From contig CAYLUS010000001.1 of the NCBI GenBank assembly GCA_964386975.1, forward strand, positions 67,630 to 131,629: a stretch of 64,000 nucleotides of DNA, given 5' to 3'. Below, in pieces: positions 22,591-31,818 of the stretch; the first letter of the stretch is position 1, and each line of letters begins with the position of its first letter. This DNA is from an uncultured Methylococcus sp. (lineage in GTDB: Bacteria; Pseudomonadota; Gammaproteobacteria; Methylococcales; Methylococcaceae). The notes under the pieces are model-generated. The model searched no databases, was not told where the DNA came from, and worked only from the letters and a program-made list of their open reading frames with translations. The position numbers and the translations under genes are program-made.

Positions 22591-23898
22591 TCAGGCGGAC
22601 TTGTCAACCGGATCCACATCTTCGCAGACCAGGATCTTATCGACCCGATTCCGATCCATATCCACGACCTCAAACCGGAGATGGCTCCAGACAAATTGAT
22701 CGGCCGCCTTGGGCACATCACCCAACTGCTGCATGACGAAGCCCCCCAGCGTATGGAAATCCCCGTCGGTGTTAACCGGGGCATCCTCGAGCCCGAAGAT
22801 TTGCCGGAATTTTTCAATGCTGAGGGTGCCATCCAGGAGCCAGCTGCCATCGCTACGCTGGACAGCTTCCGGCCCCTCATCCTCTGCCTCGTCCGAGGGA
22901 ATCTCGCCGACAATAGCCTCCATCACATCCTTGAGCGTCACAAGACCTGCGACCTCCCCATATTCGTCCACCACCATCGCCAGAGAAATCTTGGACCTTC
23001 TGAACTCTTCCAAAAGATGCACCGGCGAGAGCGATTTCGGAATATAGGTGGCCGGTCGCAAGGCCGAATTCAATTTAAGATCCTCACCGGCCAGCGCCCG
23101 GCGCATCAGATCCTTGGCCGTAATCACCCCGATCACATTATCAAGCCCGTTACGGCAGACCGGGATTACTGAGTGTGGCGTCTCGATCAGTCGCTTGCGC
23201 GTCTCTTCCTTGGCGCTGGCAATATCCAGTGAATAGATGTCCATGCGAGGGGTCATGATGGCACCCACCTTGAGGGCATCAAGGCGCATGACGTTGGAGA
23301 CCATGGCCTTTTCACCCTTGTGGAATACACCTGCCTCAGTTCCCTGGTCAATCATCAACCGGATTTCTTTCTCTGTGATCAGAGGCTCCTCCGACTTCTT
23401 GGCCCGAAGAACCCAAAGAAACAGATCCGTCGACCAACTCAGGAGCTTAACCAGCGGAAACGCCACGACCGAGAGGGCACGCATTGGCCGCGCCATGGTC
23501 AGGGCAATCTTCTCGGGTTTGAGCAAGGCCAGGCGCTTGGGAACCAACTCCCCAATCACCAGGGAAAAATAGGTAATGCCGACCACCACAGCGGCCAGGG
23601 CAATACCCTCACTGTAGGTCGCAAGCAGCGGGTACGTATCAAGGCGCTGTCGCAGCGACTCGGCCAGCGCAGCCTGGCCGTAGGCGCCACTCATGATTCC
23701 AATCAGCGTGATGCCGACCTGAACCGTGGAAAGGAAATGACTGGGACTGTTAGCGAGCTCCAGCGCCGTTTTGGCACTGGGCACCCCCTCATCGAGGGCC
23801 TGTTGAAGTCGAATCTTGCGGGCAGAAAGCAGCGCAATCTCGGACATCGCAAAGAGGCCATTCAAAATGAAAAGGCCCAGCAATATGAGAAGATCCAT
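22591..23898 (-). CDS. CNNM/CorC (TlyC 'hemolysin') family transporter: DUF21 membrane domain + CBS pair + CorC_HlyC domain
   Basis: 435 aa. N-terminal TM domain (LILNGLFAMSEIALLSAR), CBS pair (IMTPR...VIPV; ...GLVTLKDV), and C-terminal transporter-associated domain. Confidence 0.8.
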   Translation of the reverse strand: MDLLILLGLFILNGLFAMSEIALLSARKIRLQQALDEGVPSAKTALELANSPSHFLSTVQVGITLIGIMSGAYGQAALAESLRQRLDTYPLLATYSEGIALAAVVVGITYFSLVIGELVPKRLALLKPEKIALTMARPMRALSVVAFPLVKLLSWSTDLFLWVLRAKKSEEPLITEKEIRLMIDQGTEAGVFHKGEKAMVSNVMRLDALKVGAIMTPRMDIYSLDIASAKEETRKRLIETPHSVIPVCRNGLDNVIGVITAKDLMRRALAGEDLKLNSALRPATYIPKSLSPVHLLEEFRRSKISLAMVVDEYGEVAGLVTLKDVMEAIVGEIPSDEAEDEGPEAVQRSDGSWLLDGTLSIEKFRQIFGLEDAPVNTDGDFHTLGGFVMQQLGDVPKAADQFVWSHLRFEVVDMDRNRVDKILVCEDVDPVDKSA

Positions 23899-24032
23899 TC
23901 AGTGAGGACGTTGTTAGCCAGCAGCTAGGTTATAGGATCACTCTCTGGGATGCAAAAAGCATTCGAGTCCTCCTTTGGCACGTCGCTGAAGGCACACGGT
24001 CGAGCGGGCCCGGCCATCTGGCCCATCAGGCC

Positions 24033-25349
24033 CTAAAGGCGGCCGTCGACCTCATCCGGGGCAAATAGATATTTGACATCAAAGACCACAGCCCCGGCGG
24101 CGCCAAAACTGCGCACGCGTTCAATGCCCCAGCTGCGGTAACTGTCATGCGAGACCGCCATCACCACGGCGCTGTAAGCGCCCGACGCCGGCGCCTCGAT
24201 CAGCTCCACCCCATATTCATGACGCGCTTCAGCGGGGCTGGCCCATGGGTCATGGATCTCGACCAGAGCCCCATACTCCTCCAGGGCCCGAACGATATCA
24301 ATGACGCGGGTATTTCGAAGATCCGGGCAATTTTCCTTGAAGGTGAAGCCCAGAATCAGAATCCGGGAGGGATTGAGGGCAAGTCCGCGCCGGCTCATCA
24401 ACTTGACGATCTCAGCTGCCACATAGGCGCCCATCCCGTCGTTGATCCGTCTGCCGGCCAGGATCATCTCGGGATGAATTCCGATCTCCTGCGCCTTGTG
24501 GGTCAGGTAATAGGGATCAACGCCGATGCAATGACCGCCCACCAAACCGGGCTGAAAGGGCAGGAAATTCCATTTGGTGCCGGCTGCCCGGAGAACATCC
24601 TGGGTATCGATACCCAGACGCTTGAAGACCATCGCCAGCTCGTTTATCAGGGCAATATTGACGTCACGCTGGGTGTTTTCAATGACCTTGGCTGCCTCGG
24701 CCACGCGGATACTGGGCGCCAGATGCGTGCCCGCAGTGATGATGGATCCGTACAATCGGTCGACAAACCCAGCCGCTTCGGGGGTCGATCCCGAGGTGAC
24801 CTTCTTGATGTTCGCCAAGCGGTGCCGTTTGTCTCCAGGATTGATGCGTTCGGGGCTGTAACCACAAAAGAAATGGCCTTCGGCAAAGCGCTCGCCTATT
24901 TTTTCCGTTGACGCATAACGAAGACCTGAAAGGGCCTCAAGGATCGGGACGCAGTATTCCTCCGTCGCTCCAGGATAAACGGTCGACTCGTAAATGACGG
25001 TATCACCGCTCTTGAGGACCCGTCCGATCGTCTCGGAGGCCTTCCTTAATGGCGTCAGATCGGGCCGCTTGTAGCGATCGATTGGTGTTGGCACCGTGAC
25101 AATAAAGACATCGCAGGCAGAAAGGGCCTCAGGATCATCGGTAAAGGTGAGCTGATCGGCCTGATCAAACTCCTCCGGCTGGCTCTCAAGGGTTGCGTCA
25201 TGGCCCTTGCACAACGCCTGGATGCGCTCACGGCGCACATCAAAGCCAATGGTGGGATAATGGCGACCAAACGCAAGCGCCAGTGGCAAACCGACATAGC
25301 CAAGACCAATAATCGCAAGCCGGGGCGATGCAGATCCGAAATCGTTCAT
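24033..25349 (-). CDS. nucleotide-sugar dehydrogenase, TviB/WbpO-type UDP-N-acetylhexosamine 6-dehydrogenase
   Basis: 438 aa. Rossmann IIGLGYVGLPLA and catalytic-Cys segment GLVGGHCIGVDPYYL. The length and N-terminus resemble the TviB/WbpO/VipA group rather than Ugd. Divergent from the glycan array. Confidence 0.8.
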   Translation of the reverse strand: MNDFGSASPRLAIIGLGYVGLPLALAFGRHYPTIGFDVRRERIQALCKGHDATLESQPEEFDQADQLTFTDDPEALSACDVFIVTVPTPIDRYKRPDLTPLRKASETIGRVLKSGDTVIYESTVYPGATEEYCVPILEALSGLRYASTEKIGERFAEGHFFCGYSPERINPGDKRHRLANIKKVTSGSTPEAAGFVDRLYGSIITAGTHLAPSIRVAEAAKVIENTQRDVNIALINELAMVFKRLGIDTQDVLRAAGTKWNFLPFQPGLVGGHCIGVDPYYLTHKAQEIGIHPEMILAGRRINDGMGAYVAAEIVKLMSRRGLALNPSRILILGFTFKENCPDLRNTRVIDIVRALEEYGALVEIHDPWASPAEARHEYGVELIEAPASGAYSAVVMAVSHDSYRSWGIERVRSFGAAGAVVFDVKYLFAPDEVDGRL

Positions 25350-25464
25350 CTTTATTCCTGAATAATCCTCAAGGCGGCGGCTTGGCCTCTCATCCCCACA
25401 CGTCGAACGCGGCCCGCATGGACAGTACGCCGTCTCCCGATACCAGCCCCAAGGTTACCAGAAG

Positions 25465-26820
25465 TTGACAGCGTCCCCCTCTGCGCAACCGCTTTCCCAT
25501 CCGAAAGCCCATCGCATTCGTCATTTTCTGCAACCCGCGGTCATTGCAAGCTATGGCTTCATGGCCCTTTTGTTTCCGCCGGGATTTGCGCTCCTGGTGG
25601 CCATCTCGCTGCTGGCCTGTCCCTCGATCTGGGTCGCGGAACTGCGCTCGCCCCGCAAAGGAGTCGCCACGCTCTGCCTTAGCGCCCTCATGCTGATCCT
25701 GCTGCAAACCCTCGGTCTTGACGTCCCCGCCTTCGAAACACCCCGGATGCGCTGGGAGGATTTCTTCAAATGGCTGTTGCTGTTGCTTGGATTTTTCCCG
25801 CTGGCCCGGTGGATGGGTGGCTCCCCGGAGCGCATTGGCCTCCTGCTCGGTTCCGCGCTGGCAGGATTAATCACTGGCCTCCTGATCGCCGGCAACCTCG
25901 GCAAGATCCTCGCCTTCCGGCACACCCTTCAGACGGGCTTCCAGCTTCTGGCTTCAGTCGCAGGGTTCGCCTCCGGAATGGCGATTTTGGGCCTCATCCA
26001 GTTTGCTCCGCGCCTATTCAGACAGGCCCAACCCTTAAAAGGCCGCCTGATACGGGGCGTGACCTTAGGTCTTGCGATGTACCTGTCGCTTTACATCCTG
26101 GTGGCCTCGGAGTCGAGGGGGACGTACCTGGGATTAGTTCTGGTACTGCCCTACGCTCTCTGGCAGCTCCATCGATCCAACCACCAGCTGGCGCCTCAAG
26201 CCCGGCGCCGCATGGGTTTTCTGCTTGCCGGAACCCTGATCCTCATGGGGCTTGGCGCCTATGCCAATCAAGCAGCCTTTCGACATCGGCTTGAACCCGA
26301 CCTTCGGACCCTTTCGGCGCTGATGCAGGGGCAATATCATGACCTGACGCAGGTCAATCAGACGGAGTCTTCCCTGGCCTACCGATTCCAGGCCCAAATA
26401 GCTGGCTTTCAGGCTTGGCGGGAGCGACCCTGGCTGGGCTGGGGTCCCATTTCCAGTAAGGCGCTGATCCTGAATACCGGCGATCCATCGCTTCGCCTCA
26501 GCCATTCCAGCGGAAAATGGTTATCCCATTTTCACAGCGGCTACACGGAACTGCTCGTGCGATTCGGTCTCACCGGGCTGCTTTTGCCCCTTGGCGCCGC
26601 ACTCTGGCTGAAGCGCCGGGGCCCACAACTGCAGGCGAAGGCGCCCGAGGACTTTCGGATTTTCGCCACCAGCGGCGTGCTTCTGCTCCTGATCTGGGGA
26701 ATCAGCGGCGTTTTTTCCTCGGATGATGCCCGTGCCTGCATCACCATTGTGTTCGCGGTCAATCTCTCATTGATGATTGGCGAAAAAGACACGACCACCC
26801 GGATGGCATCATCTCAATGA
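25465..26820 (+). CDS. O-antigen ligase / polymerase-like membrane protein (Wzy_C domain)
   Basis: Polytopic membrane protein with the central loop motif VASESRGTYLGLVLVL typical of Wzy_C proteins. TTG start is uncertain. Ligase versus polymerase cannot be decided from sequence. Confidence 0.6.
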   Translation: MTASPSAQPLSHPKAHRIRHFLQPAVIASYGFMALLFPPGFALLVAISLLACPSIWVAELRSPRKGVATLCLSALMLILLQTLGLDVPAFETPRMRWEDFFKWLLLLLGFFPLARWMGGSPERIGLLLGSALAGLITGLLIAGNLGKILAFRHTLQTGFQLLASVAGFASGMAILGLIQFAPRLFRQAQPLKGRLIRGVTLGLAMYLSLYILVASESRGTYLGLVLVLPYALWQLHRSNHQLAPQARRRMGFLLAGTLILMGLGAYANQAAFRHRLEPDLRTLSALMQGQYHDLTQVNQTESSLAYRFQAQIAGFQAWRERPWLGWGPISSKALILNTGDPSLRLSHSSGKWLSHFHSGYTELLVRFGLTGLLLPLGAALWLKRRGPQLQAKAPEDFRIFATSGVLLLLIWGISGVFSSDDARACITIVFAVNLSLMIGEKDTTTRMASSQ

Positions 26821-28352
26821 TCACCAAGGCCTCCAAATCAAGGCGTCAGACCTACATGGATGCCATTCTCTCCTCGGTGGTCTGGACCCTTTTGGACCGG
26901 GGCACCTCGCTGCTCAAGCATGTCTTCATTGCCTCCGCCTTGGGCCTCGGAGTCGAACTGGATGTGTTTTACATGGCGGTTGGACTCATCAGTGTCTTCG
27001 TCTTCAGCTGGTCACGGATCGCCGATGTCATTGCCGTGCCTCGACTCATTGAATTGATTCGTGAGGGCGATGAGGAGAAGACGCTTCGTTTTACCGGTGA
27101 CCTCTTCAGTCTCAGCGTCGGATTTTCGGTGCTGCTGGCCATCCTGATGACCTTGGGCTGGCCGCTGTGCGTTCAACTGGCCTGGGGCTTTGATGCGCAG
27201 CGCAAGGAACTGCTCGAACAGACGATCTACCTTGCTGAACCGCTGTTGCTGCTGTCCATTCCTCTGAGAATGCTGTACTCGTTCGCAAAGGCTTACCGGC
27301 GTTTCTCGATCAGCTACCGCAATGAATTTCTGATTTCGGTGGTCATGCTGGCTTGCATTGCGGCCTACCCCCATGCGCCTGGCGTCATGATCGGATCATT
27401 CAGCCTTGGCATGACCCTCGCGTTCATCCTGGCCATCAGCACCCTGGGCCGGGAGGTCCGACTGCTGGGCTGCCCCTGGTCATACAACGTGAGGCAACTC
27501 CTTCCTCTGGTGCCCGCTCTGGGGCTCGTCTACGCAACCCAGTACCTCTATTCCATGGTTGACCGTCAGCTGGTTTCCTTTCTACCTGAAGGGCTTGTTG
27601 GGGCCATTGCCTACGGCTGGACCATCATCAATTTTGTACCGGCGCTACTGAGACTGGATGGCCCCTTCATCACGATTTATTCGGAAGCTGCCAAGGATCC
27701 TGAAAAAAAGGCCCACAAGTTGAATCAACTGATCTCCGGTGCCATTGCCATGGGTTCAGTCATCAGCATTCTGTGTTTCGGGTTTGCCGAGGATTTTGTC
27801 GGGCTGTTTCTGGAGCGCGGGGCATTCACACGCGAGGATACCCTCAGGGTTGCTGGATGTACGAGCTTCTTCGCCTTCTCGATTCTCCCCATCGTCCTGA
27901 TTGGCCCCATCGGCAATGTCTTCCAGGTGGAAAACCGGCTGCTGCTCATCACCAAGCGGGTGCTGTTCGGCCTGTTTCTGAATGTGATCTTTGGCGTCAT
28001 CTTCCTGTTTGGCCTGAACCTCGGCGCCGAGGGGGTTGCCCTGGCCACCTCGATCAGCCAGTGGGGCATGCTGTTAAGCTCGCTTTGGTCGGTTTCCCGC
28101 CTCGGCATTCCGGTCGCCTTCAAGCGTCATACCCGCTGGCTGCTGCGAAGCCATATCGGCGGCTTCCTCGCCCTGTGGCTGGTTGAACCCCTGAAAAGCC
28201 TGGATTCGTCCTATTGGATGCTGTTTCCAGAATCCTTGAGCTTTCTTTTACTCGCCAGCCTTCCTATTTTGATCGGCCGCGGCGAGGAGAGCCGATTTGC
28301 CCGGGCGCTGGCACGCCAGTCCTTTCAACGCTTCCTACCCGGCCGCTCATGA
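26817..28352 (+). CDS. MurJ/MviN-like MOP-superfamily flippase
   Basis: About 14 predicted TM helices. The N-terminal pattern LLKHVFIASALGLGVELDVFYMAV...AVPRLIELIREGDEE parallels MurJ (ARIFGAG..TDAFFVAF...VPILAEY). The ATG overlaps the upstream stop (ATGA). Confidence 0.65.
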   Translation: MITKASKSRRQTYMDAILSSVVWTLLDRGTSLLKHVFIASALGLGVELDVFYMAVGLISVFVFSWSRIADVIAVPRLIELIREGDEEKTLRFTGDLFSLSVGFSVLLAILMTLGWPLCVQLAWGFDAQRKELLEQTIYLAEPLLLLSIPLRMLYSFAKAYRRFSISYRNEFLISVVMLACIAAYPHAPGVMIGSFSLGMTLAFILAISTLGREVRLLGCPWSYNVRQLLPLVPALGLVYATQYLYSMVDRQLVSFLPEGLVGAIAYGWTIINFVPALLRLDGPFITIYSEAAKDPEKKAHKLNQLISGAIAMGSVISILCFGFAEDFVGLFLERGAFTREDTLRVAGCTSFFAFSILPIVLIGPIGNVFQVENRLLLITKRVLFGLFLNVIFGVIFLFGLNLGAEGVALATSISQWGMLLSSLWSVSRLGIPVAFKRHTRWLLRSHIGGFLALWLVEPLKSLDSSYWMLFPESLSFLLLASLPILIGRGEESRFARALARQSFQRFLPGRS

Positions 28353-29278
28353 CCCAGCCCGTCATTACCGTCATCACACCCACCTACAACCGAGCACCCC
28401 TGCTGCCCAGGGTATGGGACTCCCTCAAGCGGCAGACCGAGGCGCGCTTCGAGTGGATCATTGTCGACGATGGCTCCACGGATGCGACCCGATCGCTGGT
28501 GGCGTCTTTTGACGATCCGAGGATCCTCTATGTCCATCAACCGAATCGCGGGCAGAATGCGGCGCGGCAGCATGGCGAAACGTTCATGCGCAGTGATTAC
28601 GCGGTGTTTCTGGACAGTGATGATGAGCTCTTTGATGGGGAAACCCTGCGGATGATGCTCGACGTCATTCGTGAAACCCCTGAGGATATTGGCGTGGCGG
28701 CTTTTCAGGTGGTGACCCCCAATGGCGGAGCCGGCGCGTCGGATTTTGCCGAAGACCGCATGGTCCTGGGTTATGAGGATCTGGTCTGTGAATGCAAGGC
28801 CAGAGGCGAAGCCTTCAGGATCTTCAAGAAAAAAGCGCTGCTTTTTCATCCTTGGTGGGTAGAAGGGCCGGGTCTCCTTAACATTCGCTACTATGGCATT
28901 GCCACTCGCTTTAACTACCTTTACGTCGCCCGTCCCGCGCTGATCTATCACACCAATCATGGCGACAACCTGACCGGACCCGGCGCCTATATCCGGAGAT
29001 CCGGTGCCATGACCGAAGGTTTGAAGCTGCTGATCCGAGACCATGGCGACTGCATGCGGAAAGCCTGTCACCCGATTCTGGGTGCAAAGCTGTATGACGC
29101 AGCCATGAATTCGGCCATGGCCGGCAGGTCGCTGGATGCGGCCCGTTTTGCAATTCGCTCAATGCGCGAAAAAGGTCCCATTGCCAACAACAGCCGCCTG
29201 CTGCTGATCCTGCTGCTGCCGCTTGCCCTTCGACACCGGTTGTTTATCTGGCGTTCTCATCGGAGCGGCATTCGATGA
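28349..29278 (+). CDS. glycosyltransferase family 2 (copy A)
   Basis: ITVITPTYNR, VDDGSTDAT and LDSDDEL (DxD) motifs. Start at MTQPV (28349) overlaps the flippase stop (ATGA). The ORF-track start at 28214 lies inside the flippase gene. Confidence 0.85.
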   Translation: MTQPVITVITPTYNRAPLLPRVWDSLKRQTEARFEWIIVDDGSTDATRSLVASFDDPRILYVHQPNRGQNAARQHGETFMRSDYAVFLDSDDELFDGETLRMMLDVIRETPEDIGVAAFQVVTPNGGAGASDFAEDRMVLGYEDLVCECKARGEAFRIFKKKALLFHPWWVEGPGLLNIRYYGIATRFNYLYVARPALIYHTNHGDNLTGPGAYIRRSGAMTEGLKLLIRDHGDCMRKACHPILGAKLYDAAMNSAMAGRSLDAARFAIRSMREKGPIANNSRLLLILLLPLALRHRLFIWRSHRSGIR

Positions 29279-30219
29279 ACCGAGAACCCAACAGTGCCAC
29301 CCCTGAAATGAACCCGAGCAACAACTCGCCTGCCCGCATGATTCCAAGACCCAACTTCTTCATTGTGGGCGCACCCAAATGTGGCACCAGCTCTCTTGCG
29401 CATTGGCTGGGCAGCCATCGCCAGATCTTCTTTGCACCCGGCAAGGAGCCGCATTTCTTCAACACCGACGAGCATCGGAGCTACACGGTACTGAAGGACT
29501 ATGAGGCGCTCTTCCAGCCTGCTGGGCCTGAACATCGGGCGCTGGGTGAGGCCTCCACCTGGTATTTGTATTCAAAAACGGCCATTGCCAACATCGAGGC
29601 GTACAACCCGAAGGCACGCTATATCGTCTGCCTCAGAAATCCGATCGAAATGGCCCCCTCCCTGCATGAGCAGAAGGTATTTCTGGGATATGAAAACGAA
29701 CCCCGTTTTGCAAAAGCCTGGGCCCTGAACGCGGAGCGGGCCAGAGGCCGGGCAAAGAGCATCTGGTGCAAGAATCCGCGGCATCTGGACTATGGTAGTG
29801 CCTGCAAAATCGGCGAGCAGCTGGCGGCGCTGCTCCGCATCGTGCCACGCGAGCGGGTCATGACACTCCTGCTCGAGGACATGAAGCAGGATCCGGGCAA
29901 AGCGTATCGGGACACGCTTGCATTTCTTGGGCTCGAGGACGATGGTAAGACCGATTTTGATGTCATCAATCCTGCCAAAGAGAGAAAATCCAAGCTGGTT
30001 CATTACTCCATGCAGTCGCTGATCCGCCTGAAAGAACTGCTCGGACTCCGAAAAAGCTTAGGAATACTGACGGGCTTCGACCGTTGGAATGTGAAATTCC
30101 GTGACCGCGCACCCATCGATCCAGAGCTCCGACGCACGCTCCAGGCGCATTTCAGGGAAGATATCCAGACGCTCTCAGCGCTTCTGGATCGCGATCTCTC
30201 ACACTGGCTTACGCCTTGA
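29275..30219 (+). CDS. PAPS-dependent sulfotransferase family protein
   Basis: 5'-phosphosulfate-binding loop FFIVGAPKCGTSSL and 3'-phosphate-binding motif CLRNPIEMAPSLH. The ATG overlaps the GT2-A stop (ATGA). Confidence 0.8.
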   Translation: MNREPNSATPEMNPSNNSPARMIPRPNFFIVGAPKCGTSSLAHWLGSHRQIFFAPGKEPHFFNTDEHRSYTVLKDYEALFQPAGPEHRALGEASTWYLYSKTAIANIEAYNPKARYIVCLRNPIEMAPSLHEQKVFLGYENEPRFAKAWALNAERARGRAKSIWCKNPRHLDYGSACKIGEQLAALLRIVPRERVMTLLLEDMKQDPGKAYRDTLAFLGLEDDGKTDFDVINPAKERKSKLVHYSMQSLIRLKELLGLRKSLGILTGFDRWNVKFRDRAPIDPELRRTLQAHFREDIQTLSALLDRDLSHWLTP

Positions 30220-30265
30220 TGATGCTTAACACTCATTCGCCTTGCATGACATACCGACGTAGCTG

Positions 30266-30895
30266 ATGTCCTCGACCAATCCCAACATCATTCCCCATGT
30301 TCCCTTGATCAGCCGCGAGGACCGTGAGGCCCGCCAAGGCCACCGGGCCGCCGTTCTCTGGTTCACCGGCTACTCAGGTGCTGGGAAATCCACCTTGGCG
30401 CACGCTCTGGATGCGGCCATCCATGCAGAGGGCATTCATTCCTATGTCCTTGATGGTGATAATGTGCGGCACGGCCTGTGTTCTGACCTCGGATTCAGCC
30501 TGGAACACCGCTCCGAGAACATCCGCCGCATCGGGGAAACCGCGAAACTCTTCATGGACGCCGGCCTGATCGTCCTGACCGCGTTCATTTCGCCACTTCG
30601 GGCCGACCGGGACCGGGTCAGATCGCTGTTTAGGCCGGGAGACTTTCTGGAAATCTACTGCGAGGCCAGCCTTGAGGTCTGCGAGGAGCGCGATGTCAAA
30701 GGTCTCTATGACCGGGCACGAAAAGGACTGATCAAGGACTTTACCGGGATCTCCTCACCCTACGAGCCGCCACTGCATCCGGATTTGGTGATCAAGACCG
30801 GCGAGCGCGACCTCGGCGCATGCGTCAAGGAAACGCTTGATTTTCTGGTGATGCGCCAGATCCTTGGACCGGTGAACGACCCCAAGGCCCGATGA
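30266..30895 (+). CDS. cysC: adenylylsulfate (APS) kinase
   Basis: 209 aa. P-loop FTGYSGAGKSTLA, LDGDNVRHGLCSDLGFS, and FISPLRADR motifs. Confidence 0.9.
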   Translation: MSSTNPNIIPHVPLISREDREARQGHRAAVLWFTGYSGAGKSTLAHALDAAIHAEGIHSYVLDGDNVRHGLCSDLGFSLEHRSENIRRIGETAKLFMDAGLIVLTAFISPLRADRDRVRSLFRPGDFLEIYCEASLEVCEERDVKGLYDRARKGLIKDFTGISSPYEPPLHPDLVIKTGERDLGACVKETLDFLVMRQILGPVNDPKAR

Positions 30896-31818
30896 GCCCC
30901 ATCCTCAGCATCGTCACCCCCAGCTTCAATCGCGCCACACTGCTTCCCAGAACCTGGCGCTCGATTGCTTGCCAGAGTGAAGCGCGGTTCGAATGGATCG
31001 TGGTGGATGACGGATCCGACGATGCGACCCCCGAGGTCGTTCAGGGATTTTCCGATCCAAGAATCCGGTTGATTCGCCAGAGCAACCTCGGCTGCAACGC
31101 TGCACGCATGCGGGGGGAAAAAGAGAGCACGGCGCCCTTTGTGCTTTTTCTGGACAGTGATGACGAGCTGTATGAACCCGAAACGCTCAAGCAGATGCTC
31201 GATACCCTGAAAGCGGCACCGCCAGGGGTTGGGGTTGTCGCCTTCACGGCCCTCACACCGGAAGGGGGATCAGGCGCCTCCCGCCTGCAAAGCCCCGAGA
31301 TGATCCTGCGCTATGAGGATCTCCTTTTTGGGCAGAAGGTCCAAGGCGAGATATTGAGACTGTTTCGGCGGGAAGCGCTTCTGGGAACGCATTTCCAGAC
31401 CGACATCCCCGGCTGGGAGGCCCTCCGCTACTTCGAGATTGCCCGACGTTTCCAATTCCTGATAGTCGACCGGCCCGGCCTGATCTATCACATGAACCAT
31501 GGAGACAACCTGACCAGCGCCCGGGCGACCCTTCAACGGGCCCCTGGAATGACCAAGGGCTATGCCCTTCTTTTTAATACTCACGGCGACGGACTGGCAA
31601 AAGCGCCTGCCAGAGTCTTAGGCACGCACCTGTTTCATGCGGCCCTGAACTGCGCCATGGCCAATCAAAAGCAAGAAGCCCTTCGCTACAGTTTCGACGC
31701 ACTCCGGCACCAAGGCCCAAGAGCCCAGGTTTTCGCGCTCTTGGCCAGCCTTTTTCTTCCTGAGGCTTTCAGACATTGGCTATTCATCCAGCGATCGAAG
31801 GCCCGGGGAGTCCTGTGA
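30892..31818 (+). CDS. glycosyltransferase family 2 (copy B, paralog of 28349-29278)
   Basis: SIVTPSFNR, VDDGSDDAT and LDSDDEL motifs. Collinear over its full length with copy A. The ATG overlaps the cysC stop (ATGA). Confidence 0.85.
   Translation: MSPILSIVTPSFNRATLLPRTWRSIACQSEARFEWIVVDDGSDDATPEVVQGFSDPRIRLIRQSNLGCNAARMRGEKESTAPFVLFLDSDDELYEPETLKQMLDTLKAAPPGVGVVAFTALTPEGGSGASRLQSPEMILRYEDLLFGQKVQGEILRLFRREALLGTHFQTDIPGWEALRYFEIARRFQFLIVDRPGLIYHMNHGDNLTSARATLQRAPGMTKGYALLFNTHGDGLAKAPARVLGTHLFHAALNCAMANQKQEALRYSFDALRHQGPRAQVFALLASLFLPEAFRHWLFIQRSKARGVL

Noticed and set aside
30986-30994. A GGTTCGAAT string resembling a tRNA T-arm.
   Set aside because: It lies within GT2-B coding sequence (encodes ARFEW). 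There is no acceptor-stem or anticodon-arm pairing around it. No tRNA-sized non-coding gap exists anywhere in the window.
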